Source of the DNA: an uncultured Coriobacteriia bacterium
GTDB lineage: Bacteria > Actinomycetota > Coriobacteriia > Coriobacteriales > QAMH01
Direction: 5' to 3'
NCBI GenBank assembly: GCA_948466335.1
Contig: CAOKAE010000002.1
Location: forward strand, 28,029-92,028
DNA length: 64,000 bases
Positions 55,101 to 64,000 of this stretch are shown in pieces (the stretch's first letter is position 1; the number at the start of each line of letters is the position of its first letter). The position numbers and the translations under genes are program-made. The notes below the pieces were generated by a model. The model was not told the DNA's origin. It was given only the letters and a program-made list of their open reading frames with translations, and ran no database searches.

Positions 55101-56123
55101 TCATTGCGCCTTGCGGATAACGAGCACGTCATCTTGCACGGTCACGCGCAGGCCACCCGATACCTCCGTCGTGAACCCCGTCTCATCGAGGCTATCCAGA
55201 ACGCGATCGATCTGGGTGGCCTCGAGGCGTGCGTCGGGGTTGACCACGAGCAGGCAACTGCGCAGGATGCGTCGCGCGAGGGGGCGGCCTGTGCCCTCGA
55301 GCGTGCTGCGCGGGATGCGAGCTTCGCGACCGTCCCAGGCAAGCGTGCGGTAGACGAGCGATTCGACCTGCTGGCGGCGCTCCTCGTCCTCGTCGGCGAT
55401 GAGGTCCATGGTCTGCGCAAGCGAGCGCTCGAAGCCCGGTCGCAACTGCCGCAGGACCGGCATGAGCTCGCGGCGCACCTGGCTGCGGAAGTTCGAACCC
55501 GTGAGATTCGTCTCGTCCTCGCGCCATAACTCGCCATCGGGCACGCCGGGATGGCGCCGGCGCAGCCAGTCACGTAACTGCCTGCGCGTCACATCGAGCA
55601 GGGGGCGGCGCAGGTTGCCTCGTTCGCGCGGGATGGATGCCAGGCCGCCGGGCCCCGTTCCCACGAGTGCGCGCATGAAGAAGGTCTCGACGCGATCGTC
55701 AATCGTGTGCGCCGTGCAGATGAGGCCACCTTCGGCGTGCGTTTGGGCACACGCACGCTCAAGCGCGGCATTTGCAAGACGATAGCGCTCCTCGCGGGCG
55801 ATCGCCTCCATGCCGCCCTTGCGCGTGCGCGCCAGCGCGTCGATGTCGACACGCTGCACCTCGCATGGCACGTCGAGCCGGTTGCAGAGCTCGCGCACGA
55901 AACGCTCGTCACCATCGGAATCCTCGCCACGCAGCAGGTGATTCACATGCAGCACGTAAGGAACGATGTGGTCAGGTGCGGGGAGTTGGCGTGCCAGCAT
56001 CACGAGAAGATCATCGTCGACTTCGCCCGCCCTATAGGCGCAGACGAGCTCGAGCAGGGCCGTGGAGTCCGATCCGCCCGACACCATGAGCAAGACGGGG
56101 GTCTTCGCCTGCGCGCTCGCCAT
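55101..56123 (-). CDS. tilS: tRNA(Ile)-lysidine synthase
   Basis: PP-loop SGGSDS near the N-terminus, 340 aa. Confidence 0.85.
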   Translation of the reverse strand: MASAQAKTPVLLMVSGGSDSTALLELVCAYRAGEVDDDLLVMLARQLPAPDHIVPYVLHVNHLLRGEDSDGDERFVRELCNRLDVPCEVQRVDIDALARTRKGGMEAIAREERYRLANAALERACAQTHAEGGLICTAHTIDDRVETFFMRALVGTGPGGLASIPRERGNLRRPLLDVTRRQLRDWLRRRHPGVPDGELWREDETNLTGSNFRSQVRRELMPVLRQLRPGFERSLAQTMDLIADEDEERRQQVESLVYRTLAWDGREARIPRSTLEGTGRPLARRILRSCLLVVNPDARLEATQIDRVLDSLDETGFTTEVSGGLRVTVQDDVLVIRKAQ

Positions 56124-56126
56124 GCC

Positions 56127-57542
56127 CTACCCCCAGAACCGGCTTGACGGACCCTCGAGCCTCTTCGTCGAGCGTCTACGTGTGTGCACGCTGATGTTCG
56201 CGAACTGCAACACGATGAGGACGAGCAACAGGCACATCTCGGCCAGGTAGGTAATGACCGCGCCCATGAGGCCGATGGAGTTGATGAGCGCGAAAGAGAC
56301 GATGAGCGAGAAGGCGAAGGTAATGAGATAGAGCTTCACCACGCTGTTCTGACGCCGCTGCACGGTGATGAGCTGGTAGATGAAGTCGATGGCCGCCGTG
56401 ACGCCGCCCGCGATGATCATGAGGTACATGAGCATGCGGAACTGCTCGAAATCGGTGCTGTACAGCCAGCTCATGATGGGAATGCCGATCCAACCCATGA
56501 TGATGAGGTTGGCGACGGTGATCACGATGATGGCGCCGAAGACGGCGGCCATGATGATGTTGAAGGTGCGATGGTCGTCCGGGTTGTCCCAGGCCGCCGC
56601 CAGGCGCAGCAGGAGCGGCTTGTAGAGCAGGCTTGCCGTGAGCAGGATGCCCTGGGCGGGGAAGTAGAGCACGTTGAAGTAGAGCTGGTTGTCGTAGGAC
56701 AGCGGCCCTTCCATCATGAACTTGGGCATGTTGTCGATGAGGCAGTAGAGAAAGAGCGCCACGAAGACCGGGAAGCATCGCTTGAACAGGTTGACGATGC
56801 TCTTGGTCTCCCAGCGGCGCGACTTGGGCGTTTCCATGTAGGCAAGCGGAATCGTGAGCACGATGAGGCTCGCGGCCGCGACGATGGCCATGACGATGCA
56901 CGAAAAGCCCAGGTTACGCGTGATGAAGAGCACGATGCTGAACACGATGAGCACGATGGCGCTTCGGAACGCCTGAGAAATGCCCGCGAGGTACATCTTG
57001 TCGACCTGCTGCAGACGGCCCTCGTACACATCGGCGAGGGCGTCGACCATGCGGTACAGGTACACGCCCATGGAGATGACGAACATGTCGGATTCGTAGC
57101 CGCGGATGCAGCAGTAGACGTAGCCAGCCACGACCATGAGGATGCAGGTGAGGATACGGTTGATCTGGTAATCGGCAAAGGAGTGGTCCTCGTCGATGTC
57201 GGAGACCTGGTAGGTGCGCACGCCATAGTTGCCGATGATCATGAGCAGGGTGCCGGTCACGAAGGCAAGGGAGAAGATGCCCGCCTGGTCGACGCCCACG
57301 CATTGCGTGACGACGATGGTGAGCAGTGGAAACACGACGCCCCAGACGCCAATGCCGACGCTATTGAAGATGAAGTCGCGCGTGGTCTGGTGGGAGGAGT
57401 ACTGTTCCTCCTGATCGGTGAGGGAGCGCCGTGACACGGCACCGATGAGGCGGTCGATCCAGTGATTCACCAGTCGTGCGATTGCGCCTTGTCTGCGCGC
57501 TTTGTGAGGTCTTCGGTCCATAGCGCGATTATAATATTGCAC
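56127..57542 (-). CDS. polytopic membrane protein, MOP/Wzx-type polysaccharide flippase-like
   Basis: 471 aa with about 12-14 TM helices and a pattern typical of polysaccharide biosynthesis flippases. Met-8 (57521) is an alternative start. Confidence 0.5.
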   Translation of the reverse strand: MQYYNRAMDRRPHKARRQGAIARLVNHWIDRLIGAVSRRSLTDQEEQYSSHQTTRDFIFNSVGIGVWGVVFPLLTIVVTQCVGVDQAGIFSLAFVTGTLLMIIGNYGVRTYQVSDIDEDHSFADYQINRILTCILMVVAGYVYCCIRGYESDMFVISMGVYLYRMVDALADVYEGRLQQVDKMYLAGISQAFRSAIVLIVFSIVLFITRNLGFSCIVMAIVAAASLIVLTIPLAYMETPKSRRWETKSIVNLFKRCFPVFVALFLYCLIDNMPKFMMEGPLSYDNQLYFNVLYFPAQGILLTASLLYKPLLLRLAAAWDNPDDHRTFNIIMAAVFGAIIVITVANLIIMGWIGIPIMSWLYSTDFEQFRMLMYLMIIAGGVTAAIDFIYQLITVQRRQNSVVKLYLITFAFSLIVSFALINSIGLMGAVITYLAEMCLLLVLIVLQFANISVHTRRRSTKRLEGPSSRFWG

Positions 57543-57568
57543 ACGTCGAACGTCATCTGGGAGGCATC

Positions 57569-58528
57569 ATGGCCCATACCATCACGCAGGAACCCATCTC
57601 GTTTCCGAGTACCGACGCCGCGACGACCATACGCGGCTACATCTGGCGCGATCGTGAGTGCACCGCTCCGCGCGGTGTCGTGCAAATCGCACACGGCATG
57701 GCCGAGCACATCGAGCGCTACGACGACTTCGCGCGCTTCTTGGCCGGCGAGGGCTTCATCGTCGGAGGCTACGACCATCTCGCCCATGGTGACAGCGTCT
57801 CCGAGAACGTGCTCTGGGGAGGCCTCGACCCCCATGAGGGCGCAAACCACCTCATCGAGGACGTGCACCGCATGCGCTCGCTCATGCTCGCCCGTACCCC
57901 AGCGGGCCTTCCCTACTTCGTCTTTGGCCATTCCATGGGCAGCTACATCATGCGCGACTACATCGCGCGCCACGGAGAGGGCCTTGCAGGTGCCATACTG
58001 TGCGGCACGGGCTATATCCCGCCCATCGCCTCGAAGGCAGGCGGCATGCTCGCTCGCACCATCGCGGCACTCCGCGGCAAGGATTACAAGAGCAAGCTCC
58101 TGGACTACCTGGTCGTGGACAGCTTCAACAAGGCCGTCAAGGACGCGGGGACGAAGGCGGACTGGATTTCCACGAACAAGGACAACGTCGCTGCCTACCT
58201 TGCCGACGAGAAGTCCGGATTCTCGTTCGGCGCCGGCGGCTACGCGACGCTCACGGCGCTCACCAAGGAGGCATGCGCCCCTGCGACCTTCCGGGCCATT
58301 CCGCACGGCCTGCCGCTCCTCTTCATCGCCGGTGCCGAAGATCCCGTGGGGTCCATGGGCGAAGGCGTCAGGAAAGTTGCCAGCATGGCACGTGAAGCTG
58401 GCGTGAAAGATGTCGAGGTAAAGATTTACGACGGCATGCGCCACGAAATCCTGAACGAGGTCGATCACATGCGCGTCTACGATGACGTCATGGCATGGCT
58501 CGACCAGCATCTGGATGGAGGTGCCTGA
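57569..58528 (+). CDS. alpha/beta hydrolase (lysophospholipase/monoglyceride lipase-like)
   Basis: HG oxyanion motif (AHGMAEH) and nucleophile elbow GHSMGS. RBS is GGGAGG. Confidence 0.8.
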   Translation: MAHTITQEPISFPSTDAATTIRGYIWRDRECTAPRGVVQIAHGMAEHIERYDDFARFLAGEGFIVGGYDHLAHGDSVSENVLWGGLDPHEGANHLIEDVHRMRSLMLARTPAGLPYFVFGHSMGSYIMRDYIARHGEGLAGAILCGTGYIPPIASKAGGMLARTIAALRGKDYKSKLLDYLVVDSFNKAVKDAGTKADWISTNKDNVAAYLADEKSGFSFGAGGYATLTALTKEACAPATFRAIPHGLPLLFIAGAEDPVGSMGEGVRKVASMAREAGVKDVEVKIYDGMRHEILNEVDHMRVYDDVMAWLDQHLDGGA

Positions 58529-60018
58529 TGACCGGCAAATACGTCATAGCGCTCGACCAGGGCACGACCTCGTCGCGTTCGGTCCTCATCGACCACGAGG
58601 GCCGCTCGGTAGACTCCGTCCAGCGCAGCTTCGAGCAGATATACCCCCAGCCCGGCTGGGTCGAGCACAACCCCCAGGAAATCATCTTCTCGCAGCTCGG
58701 GTCCTTGACGGACCTGCTCACCTCCCATGCCCTGGACGCTCACTCCATCGACAGCATCGGCATCACCAACCAGCGCGAGACGACCATCGTGTGGGACCGC
58801 GAGACGGGCCGCCCCATCGCAAACGCCATCGTGTGGCAATGCAGGCGCACGGCCCCCATCATCACGGAACTCTGCTCGGACTTTGCCGTATGCGACAGGA
58901 TCGAGCTCACCACCGGCCTGCATCCGGACGCGTACTTCTCGGCGAGCAAGATCAAGTGGCTCCTCGACAACGTGGATGGCGCGCGCGAGCTAGCCGAAGA
59001 GGGACGCCTGCTCTTCGGCACCGTCGATTGCTGGCTCATCTGGAACCTCACGGGCCGCAAGGCGCACGCGACCGATGTCACCAACGCGAGCCGCACCATG
59101 CTCTACGACATACGTAAGGGCTGCTGGGATGCCGAACTTCTCGAGCTCTTCGACATTCCCGCGCAGATGATGCCCGAGGTGCGCCCGAGCGCGAGCTGCT
59201 TCGGCGTGACCGACTATCCCAACATCCCCGCCGGCATCCCCATCTGCGGTGTGGCAGGCGACCAGCAGTCGGCCCTCTTCGGCCAATGCTGCTTCGAGGC
59301 CGGGCAGGCAAAGAACACCTACGGCACGGGCTGCTTCTTGCTACTTCATACGGGAGACACGCCGGTCACGTCGAGAAACGGACTCGTCACGACCATTGCG
59401 GCATCGGCACCGGGCACGACCCATACCGAATACGCCCTCGAGGGCAGCGTCTTCATGGCAGGCGCGCTCATCCAGTGGCTCGTCGACGAGCTCGGCATCG
59501 CGCAGACCGCCGCCGAAACCCAGCAACTCGCCGAAAGCATCCCGGACACGAGCGGCGTCTACATCGTACCCGCGTTCACCGGATTGGGCGCCCCGCACTG
59601 GGAGCCCGACGCTCGCGGCGCCATCTACGGGCTCACCCGCGGAGCCGGCCGTGCGCACATCGCCCGCGCAGCGCTCGAGGCGCTTGCATACCAGGTGTAC
59701 GACCTGGCGGTGGCCATGCAGGCAGATGCCGGCCTCAAGATTCGGCAGCTTAACGTGGACGGCGGCGCCTCGGCAAACGATTTTCTCATGCAGTTCCAAA
59801 GCGATATCCTGCAGACGCAGATTCACCGGCCGGTCAACATCGAGTCGACCGCGATGGGCGCGGCCTACCTGGCAGGGCTTACCAACGGATTCTGGAGCGG
59901 CACCGAGGAGCTGCGCGCCATGCGCACGACGGATAGCGTCTTCGACCCGCAAATGCGCCCGGCCTACGCCAACGAGCTGCTGCGCGGCTGGCGCGAGGCG
60001 GTACGCAGAACGTGCTAG
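58528..60018 (+). CDS. glpK: glycerol kinase
   Basis: The start is set at MTGKYVIALDQGTTSSR (TGATG overlap with the hydrolase stop). FGGY family pattern throughout. Confidence 0.95.
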   Translation: MTGKYVIALDQGTTSSRSVLIDHEGRSVDSVQRSFEQIYPQPGWVEHNPQEIIFSQLGSLTDLLTSHALDAHSIDSIGITNQRETTIVWDRETGRPIANAIVWQCRRTAPIITELCSDFAVCDRIELTTGLHPDAYFSASKIKWLLDNVDGARELAEEGRLLFGTVDCWLIWNLTGRKAHATDVTNASRTMLYDIRKGCWDAELLELFDIPAQMMPEVRPSASCFGVTDYPNIPAGIPICGVAGDQQSALFGQCCFEAGQAKNTYGTGCFLLLHTGDTPVTSRNGLVTTIAASAPGTTHTEYALEGSVFMAGALIQWLVDELGIAQTAAETQQLAESIPDTSGVYIVPAFTGLGAPHWEPDARGAIYGLTRGAGRAHIARAALEALAYQVYDLAVAMQADAGLKIRQLNVDGGASANDFLMQFQSDILQTQIHRPVNIESTAMGAAYLAGLTNGFWSGTEELRAMRTTDSVFDPQMRPAYANELLRGWREAVRRTC

Positions 60019-60022
60019 GGGG

Positions 60023-60412
60023 CTAGGCTTTGCGGGCGTGATAGTCGCAGGTCTTGCAGTGCGTCGGGGCCACATCGGTGACCTCGCGCGTGAACAGGCC
60101 CGCCCACTGGCATATGTTCTGCAAGATGGGAACGACGGAGATGCCCTTCTCCGTCAGCGAGTACTCCACGCGTGGCGGAATCTCGTCATAGCTCTTGCGC
60201 GACACCATGCCCGACGCGATAAGCTCCTTCACCTCGTTCGAGAGCACCGCATCCGAAATGTTCGAGAGCTCGTTTCTGAGCTCGCTATAACGCAGCGTTC
60301 CCTTTGCGGCGAGCACGCAGATGATGCGCGACTTCCACCGGCCGCCAAATACGTCTAGGCCGTATTCGAGCGGGCAGCGTATGTCCTTCTCGAGCTTGCG
60401 CTTATGTGCCAT
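60023..60412 (-). CDS. HxlR-family transcriptional regulator
   Basis: CPLEYGLDVFGGRWK...LSNEVKELIASGMVSRKSYDEIPPRVEYSLTEKG. Confidence 0.85.
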   Translation of the reverse strand: MAHKRKLEKDIRCPLEYGLDVFGGRWKSRIICVLAAKGTLRYSELRNELSNISDAVLSNEVKELIASGMVSRKSYDEIPPRVEYSLTEKGISVVPILQNICQWAGLFTREVTDVAPTHCKTCDYHARKA

Positions 60413-60624
60413 CGTCGCTCCTCGCATCAATATCGCTTCGCAGTCTCATCATTCATAACGAAGCCTAAATCGCATTCAGTAGTGTGCCGCGCTACCCGCG
60501 AAATTGCCAGTCACTAAGAAAAAGATAAGTGACTCATTATTTGCCCCATATCTCGAATTCCATAAGCGACCTTTCTAAAGTGTGCGGTACCGGAAAAGGC
60601 CGCGTAGACTGAAGGGAAGCAATC

Positions 60625-61068
60625 ATGAAGACAACGGCAATGGCGAGCACCGTCAAGGATGCGACGGGACTCAAGACCACCACGAGCGTGCGCCAGTTCA
60701 GGGTCGTGTGCGACGAGCCCGTCGAGTCGGGTGGCACCGACGAGGGCATGAATCCCGTCGAGCTCTTGCTCGCGAGCCTCGGCAGCTGCATGACGATTGC
60801 GGCATTTTACCTGGCTCCGTCCCAGGGCATCGAGGTTCAGGAGTTTGGTGTCGAGCTCGAGGGAGATGTTGACCCCGACGGCTTCATGGGCATGAATCCC
60901 GACGTGCGCAACGGCTTCAGCGAGATTCGCATCACGCCGCATATCAAGTGCTCCGGCACGCCCGAACAGGCGCGCGAGTTCGTCAAGCTCGTCGAGAGCC
61001 GCTGCCCGGTGCATGACACGATCGAGCGTGGAACGTCCATCGTCTGCACGGATATCATCGTCGACTAG
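60625..61068 (+). CDS. OsmC/Ohr family peroxiredoxin-like protein
   Basis: 147 aa with NPVELLLASLGSCM and a second Cys motif (RCPVH). Confidence 0.8.
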   Translation: MKTTAMASTVKDATGLKTTTSVRQFRVVCDEPVESGGTDEGMNPVELLLASLGSCMTIAAFYLAPSQGIEVQEFGVELEGDVDPDGFMGMNPDVRNGFSEIRITPHIKCSGTPEQAREFVKLVESRCPVHDTIERGTSIVCTDIIVD

Positions 61069-61169
61069 CCCTCGTCACTTCGAGGGCTGGCAAACACGTC
61101 CGGGTGTGCATCAACCCCCTTTTAGCGCGCACCCGGACGCACTTGTCACGCAAGCAAAGGAGAATCGTC

Positions 61170-61580
61170 ATGACAAAGATGCCCCGTGATTGCATGGATA
61201 TGATCAACAACGTCTACGCCGCCGCCGTCGCCACGTGCACACCCGATGGAGAGCCAAACGTCTCGTGCTCGTCCATGAAACAGGCCTACGACGAGGAAAC
61301 GGTCATGATTTCCGACCAGTACATGCTCAAGACCCTCGCGAACCTTCAGGCCAATCCCCGCATGGCCGTATCCGTCTGGGATGAGACGCACGGCTACCAG
61401 GTGAAGGGCACCGTGACTTACGAGAACGAAGGCGAGCGTTACGAAGCCATCGCCGCGCAGGTGCACGAGATCCTGAGCTCGATGGGCTACGACTTCTACT
61501 CCAAAGGCGTGTGCTGGCTGCACGTCGAGGAGGTCTACTCGCTCACGCCGGGCGACGAAGCCGGCAAGAGGATTGCGTAG
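61170..61580 (+). CDS. pyridoxamine 5'-phosphate oxidase-like (split-barrel flavin-binding) family protein
   Basis: The start is set at MTKMPRD after AAAGGAGA. Size and pattern fit PNPOx-like proteins, but the motif support is weak. Confidence 0.55.
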   Translation: MTKMPRDCMDMINNVYAAAVATCTPDGEPNVSCSSMKQAYDEETVMISDQYMLKTLANLQANPRMAVSVWDETHGYQVKGTVTYENEGERYEAIAAQVHEILSSMGYDFYSKGVCWLHVEEVYSLTPGDEAGKRIA

Positions 61581-61583
61581 GGG

Positions 61584-62462
61584 TTAGCGCTTACGAAGCG
61601 CCTCGGTTGAATCGACGTTACGCAGCAATGACGGGTCATCGAAAAGCGGCGTGCAGATGAGCGCCTCACGATTGAGAACGTTATCCGCGAAGCCCAGTAC
61701 GTTCTCGTAGAAGGCGATGAGATACGCATCGTCTGGCATGATGCTGGCAGTCGCGTTGCGATACATCGCCCTGACGAGCGCATCACGATAGAAGCGCGCA
61801 TGCTTCTCGAAGGGCTCGTTCGTGACATCGAAACCTAGATGGTTCAAATAGAGCTCAGAGAACACGGCGATCGTGCGCGTGTTTCCCTCGTAGAAAGGAT
61901 GGACTTGCCAGAGAAACGCAATAGTTTGGCAGAAGTCCTTGAGCTCATCGCCAGTAAACGTCGTGTATGCCCTCCCCTGCTCTCGCTCGATGGCGCTGCG
62001 CAGGGACATCGCATAGGTCATCGGATCTGCGTAGAGAACGCTATCGCCGTTCAGTATCTCTTCTTGCTTGACCATGCGCTCGGTCTTGAATTCGCCCGGA
62101 TGGTAGATTTCCTCGTCCAAATCCTGGAAGAGGTGACGATGGATTTGCGGAAGGAAGTCCGACGAGAGCGCGAACGGCGAGCTTGCCAGCAACTCCGCTA
62201 TACGCTGGCTGACTAGGTCTGCCTCTCGATGGGCATCATCGTTGCCGTCATGGTGATAGGAACGGATAAGCTCGCCGGTCTTCGCCATACCATACTCGCC
62301 TGCGATATACCCACGAGCCGTCTCCTCGAGATAGGGCGAGACCTCGAGACCATCGACTTCCTGCAAGCCAATGGCCACGGCCCAGTAGTGCCTGCGGGCA
62401 GCCTCGGAGGTATGCTCGCGTGCTGGCTCGTAATCATGGGTGTCGGGGCAATCCGCCGTCAT
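61584..62462 (-). CDS. Fic/DOC family protein with degenerate active-site motif
   Basis: HPFYEGNTRTIA compared with the canonical HxFx(D/E)GNGRxxR. Confidence 0.8.
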   Translation of the reverse strand: MTADCPDTHDYEPAREHTSEAARRHYWAVAIGLQEVDGLEVSPYLEETARGYIAGEYGMAKTGELIRSYHHDGNDDAHREADLVSQRIAELLASSPFALSSDFLPQIHRHLFQDLDEEIYHPGEFKTERMVKQEEILNGDSVLYADPMTYAMSLRSAIEREQGRAYTTFTGDELKDFCQTIAFLWQVHPFYEGNTRTIAVFSELYLNHLGFDVTNEPFEKHARFYRDALVRAMYRNATASIMPDDAYLIAFYENVLGFADNVLNREALICTPLFDDPSLLRNVDSTEALRKR

Positions 62463-62573
62463 ACTTGGGCACGCTCTCCTTTGGCTTCGCGATCGGATGA
62501 CAGGGTTTATTCTAGCAGGGATTACCGGTCACTTTGACGTTCTCAGACGGTCCACGAAAAGAACGCCGGGAGG

Positions 62574-63209
62574 TCAGAACAAGCTCCCCTGCTCCGGCGC
62601 AAGCGCGTCTGGCTGTTCGGGCTGCGCGGTGAGCGCGATTGCGCTCCTGTCGGCAAGCATGGCGTAATCCGGCCCGAACCACAGGGGCAGCTCGCGCTGC
62701 GTGAGCACGAACGGCATGCGGTCGTGAATGGGCGCAACTGATGCGTTGGGCGTGGTCGTCACGATGGAGAAGCAGCCGTCGGCCTCGACAGCCGCAAGAA
62801 GCAGCGGCGTGACATCCGGATTCTCGAAGAGGTACTGCGCCTTGACCTGACGGCCCGACTGCCCGCGCTGTGTCTTCTCGCGATGCGGCTCGAAGAAGGC
62901 GGGCGTCGCGATGATGCAGCGCCCCTGCGCCATGGGCCGCTCCCACATGCCGGGATTGGAGCCGAGCGCCGTCTCGATGCGCGTGTTGAAGACGCGGCCC
63001 TTGCGCCAGTCCGTCTCGAAGCCCCATCTCAGATCTTGCAGGCCCAAGTGGCCGCCCTGCGGCGTGATGACAGGCACGACGGAGCCCGGATACGCCATGG
63101 GCATATCCTCGAGCTGGTCGAGGTCACGTGCGAGCGGCAGATCCTGCTCGAGGCATTCGATCACGAGCTGCAACTGGTCGCGATCCAGCATCTTGAATCT
63201 TCCGCACAT
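62574..63209 (-). CDS. SOS response-associated peptidase (SRAP/YedK)
   Basis: N-terminal MCGRF (Cys2 nucleophile) and the IHDRMP motif. Confidence 0.85.
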   Translation of the reverse strand: MCGRFKMLDRDQLQLVIECLEQDLPLARDLDQLEDMPMAYPGSVVPVITPQGGHLGLQDLRWGFETDWRKGRVFNTRIETALGSNPGMWERPMAQGRCIIATPAFFEPHREKTQRGQSGRQVKAQYLFENPDVTPLLLAAVEADGCFSIVTTTPNASVAPIHDRMPFVLTQRELPLWFGPDYAMLADRSAIALTAQPEQPDALAPEQGSLF

Positions 63210-63226
63210 GTCGCACCTCCTTCCAG

Positions 63227-64000
63227 CTACTTCATATCTGCTGTGATGCAGAATGCGGCATACAGCGGGAAACTTCGGAGCACTGCCTTAGTTCCCGCGA
63301 TGGGCTCAATGCCAAAGTTCAGCTCTGAAAGCCGTATCGCGAAAGGCGAGCGGCCCTCGACCATGAAGCGATGGAGGCTCTTCGCCCTCACATTGCGCGA
63401 AGACTTCACCTCGACCGGCACCACTTCAGCGAATCTGTTCTGAAACACGAAGTCGACTTCTCCATTGCCGACCTTCTCGTTTGGCATCCAATAAAACGTC
63501 TGAACATCATTGGCCGTCAGTGCTTGCATGACGTAATTCTCCGCAAGGGCACCACGAAAATCCGAAGCGAGACTGGTACGCATTCCTTCGTCGAGGAACA
63601 GCTCCGGTGCGATTCCGAACTTGAAGAACATAAGACCGGTATCGGCCACGTATACCTTGAAGAAGCTGCCCTCCTCGTCGTTGAATGGTGCAAGCGGCGC
63701 GGTATTATCGCAAGTCAAATCGTTTATCGTAACAATGCCGGCAGCAGCAAGCCAGTCCAAGGGTTCCAGGAGGCGCTCACGACGGCCACCACGCACCACC
63801 TCCGAGTACTTGAACTTCTTGGTGGAGGCGCGAAGCAACTGCTTGGGCAGGCTGTCCCATATGCGTTTGGCTGCTATGCCACTAATTCCATTTTCGGGAT
63901 CGGTCATGTCGGCAGTGTAGGTTGCGTTGATTTCGCCTTGAACCTCCAGGGCACCTTGGAAAGTGCCAGTAGCTCGATACGTATCAAGTACGCGGGGCAT
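63227..64000 (-). CDS. C-terminal part of a DUF4143-type AAA ATPase (truncated by window end)
   Basis: The frame is open to the window edge. Only the non-ATPase C-terminal half is visible. The family call is from overall pattern. Confidence 0.5.
   Translation of the reverse strand: MPRVLDTYRATGTFQGALEVQGEINATYTADMTDPENGISGIAAKRIWDSLPKQLLRASTKKFKYSEVVRGGRRERLLEPLDWLAAAGIVTINDLTCDNTAPLAPFNDEEGSFFKVYVADTGLMFFKFGIAPELFLDEGMRTSLASDFRGALAENYVMQALTANDVQTFYWMPNEKVGNGEVDFVFQNRFAEVVPVEVKSSRNVRAKSLHRFMVEGRSPFAIRLSELNFGIEPIAGTKAVLRSFPLYAAFCITADMK

Overview
High-GC actinobacterial chromosome segment. Gene content and synteny look Coriobacteriia/Eggerthellaceae-like, but that is inference only, with no search run. 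Most genes are on the minus strand, and the long plus-strand ORFs in the track are mostly antisense shadows of them. There are three parts. (1) 1-27.9 kb is an accessory metabolic region. It holds two adjacent modules, each with a large ATP-binding LuxR-family (LAL/MalT-like) regulator, an amidase-signature enzyme, a permease, a signal-less molybdopterin oxidoreductase and an Fe-S partner. One Mo enzyme resembles the soluble pyrogallol-phloroglucinol transhydroxylase (AthL/BthL) and sits between two paralogous amidases. Both Mo operons are preceded by a colinear 60-nt element carrying three GGGTA boxes phased at 12 bp. One of the two regulators is split by a +1 frameshift inside a G9 run. (2) 28-49 kb is housekeeping: tRNA-His, tRNA-Lys, hypE, ffh, ftsY, smc, rnc, plsX, rpmF, folP-folK, folE, ftsH and hpt. 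A 2.8-kb segment flanked by perfect 35-bp direct repeats sits exactly between ftsY and ffh. It carries a DUF3791-DUF3990-DUF3791 cassette, a Phd/VapC toxin-antitoxin pair, an orphan ORF and a displaced alternative ftsY 3' end. (3) 49.7-64 kb begins with a block that breaks tilS-hpt synteny: an alanine/glycine symporter behind a glycine riboswitch, a two-component system and a beta-helix lipoprotein. After it come tilS, a MOP-type flippase-like membrane protein, glpK, HxlR/OsmC, a Fic protein with a degenerate motif, an SRAP peptidase and a truncated DUF4143 ATPase. A small palindromic element (TGTGTCA-N-GGGGTC-W-GACCCC) recurs directly after three stop codons. No rRNA, CRISPR array, integrase or transposase was seen. 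All family assignments come from motifs read by eye, and nothing was searched against databases.
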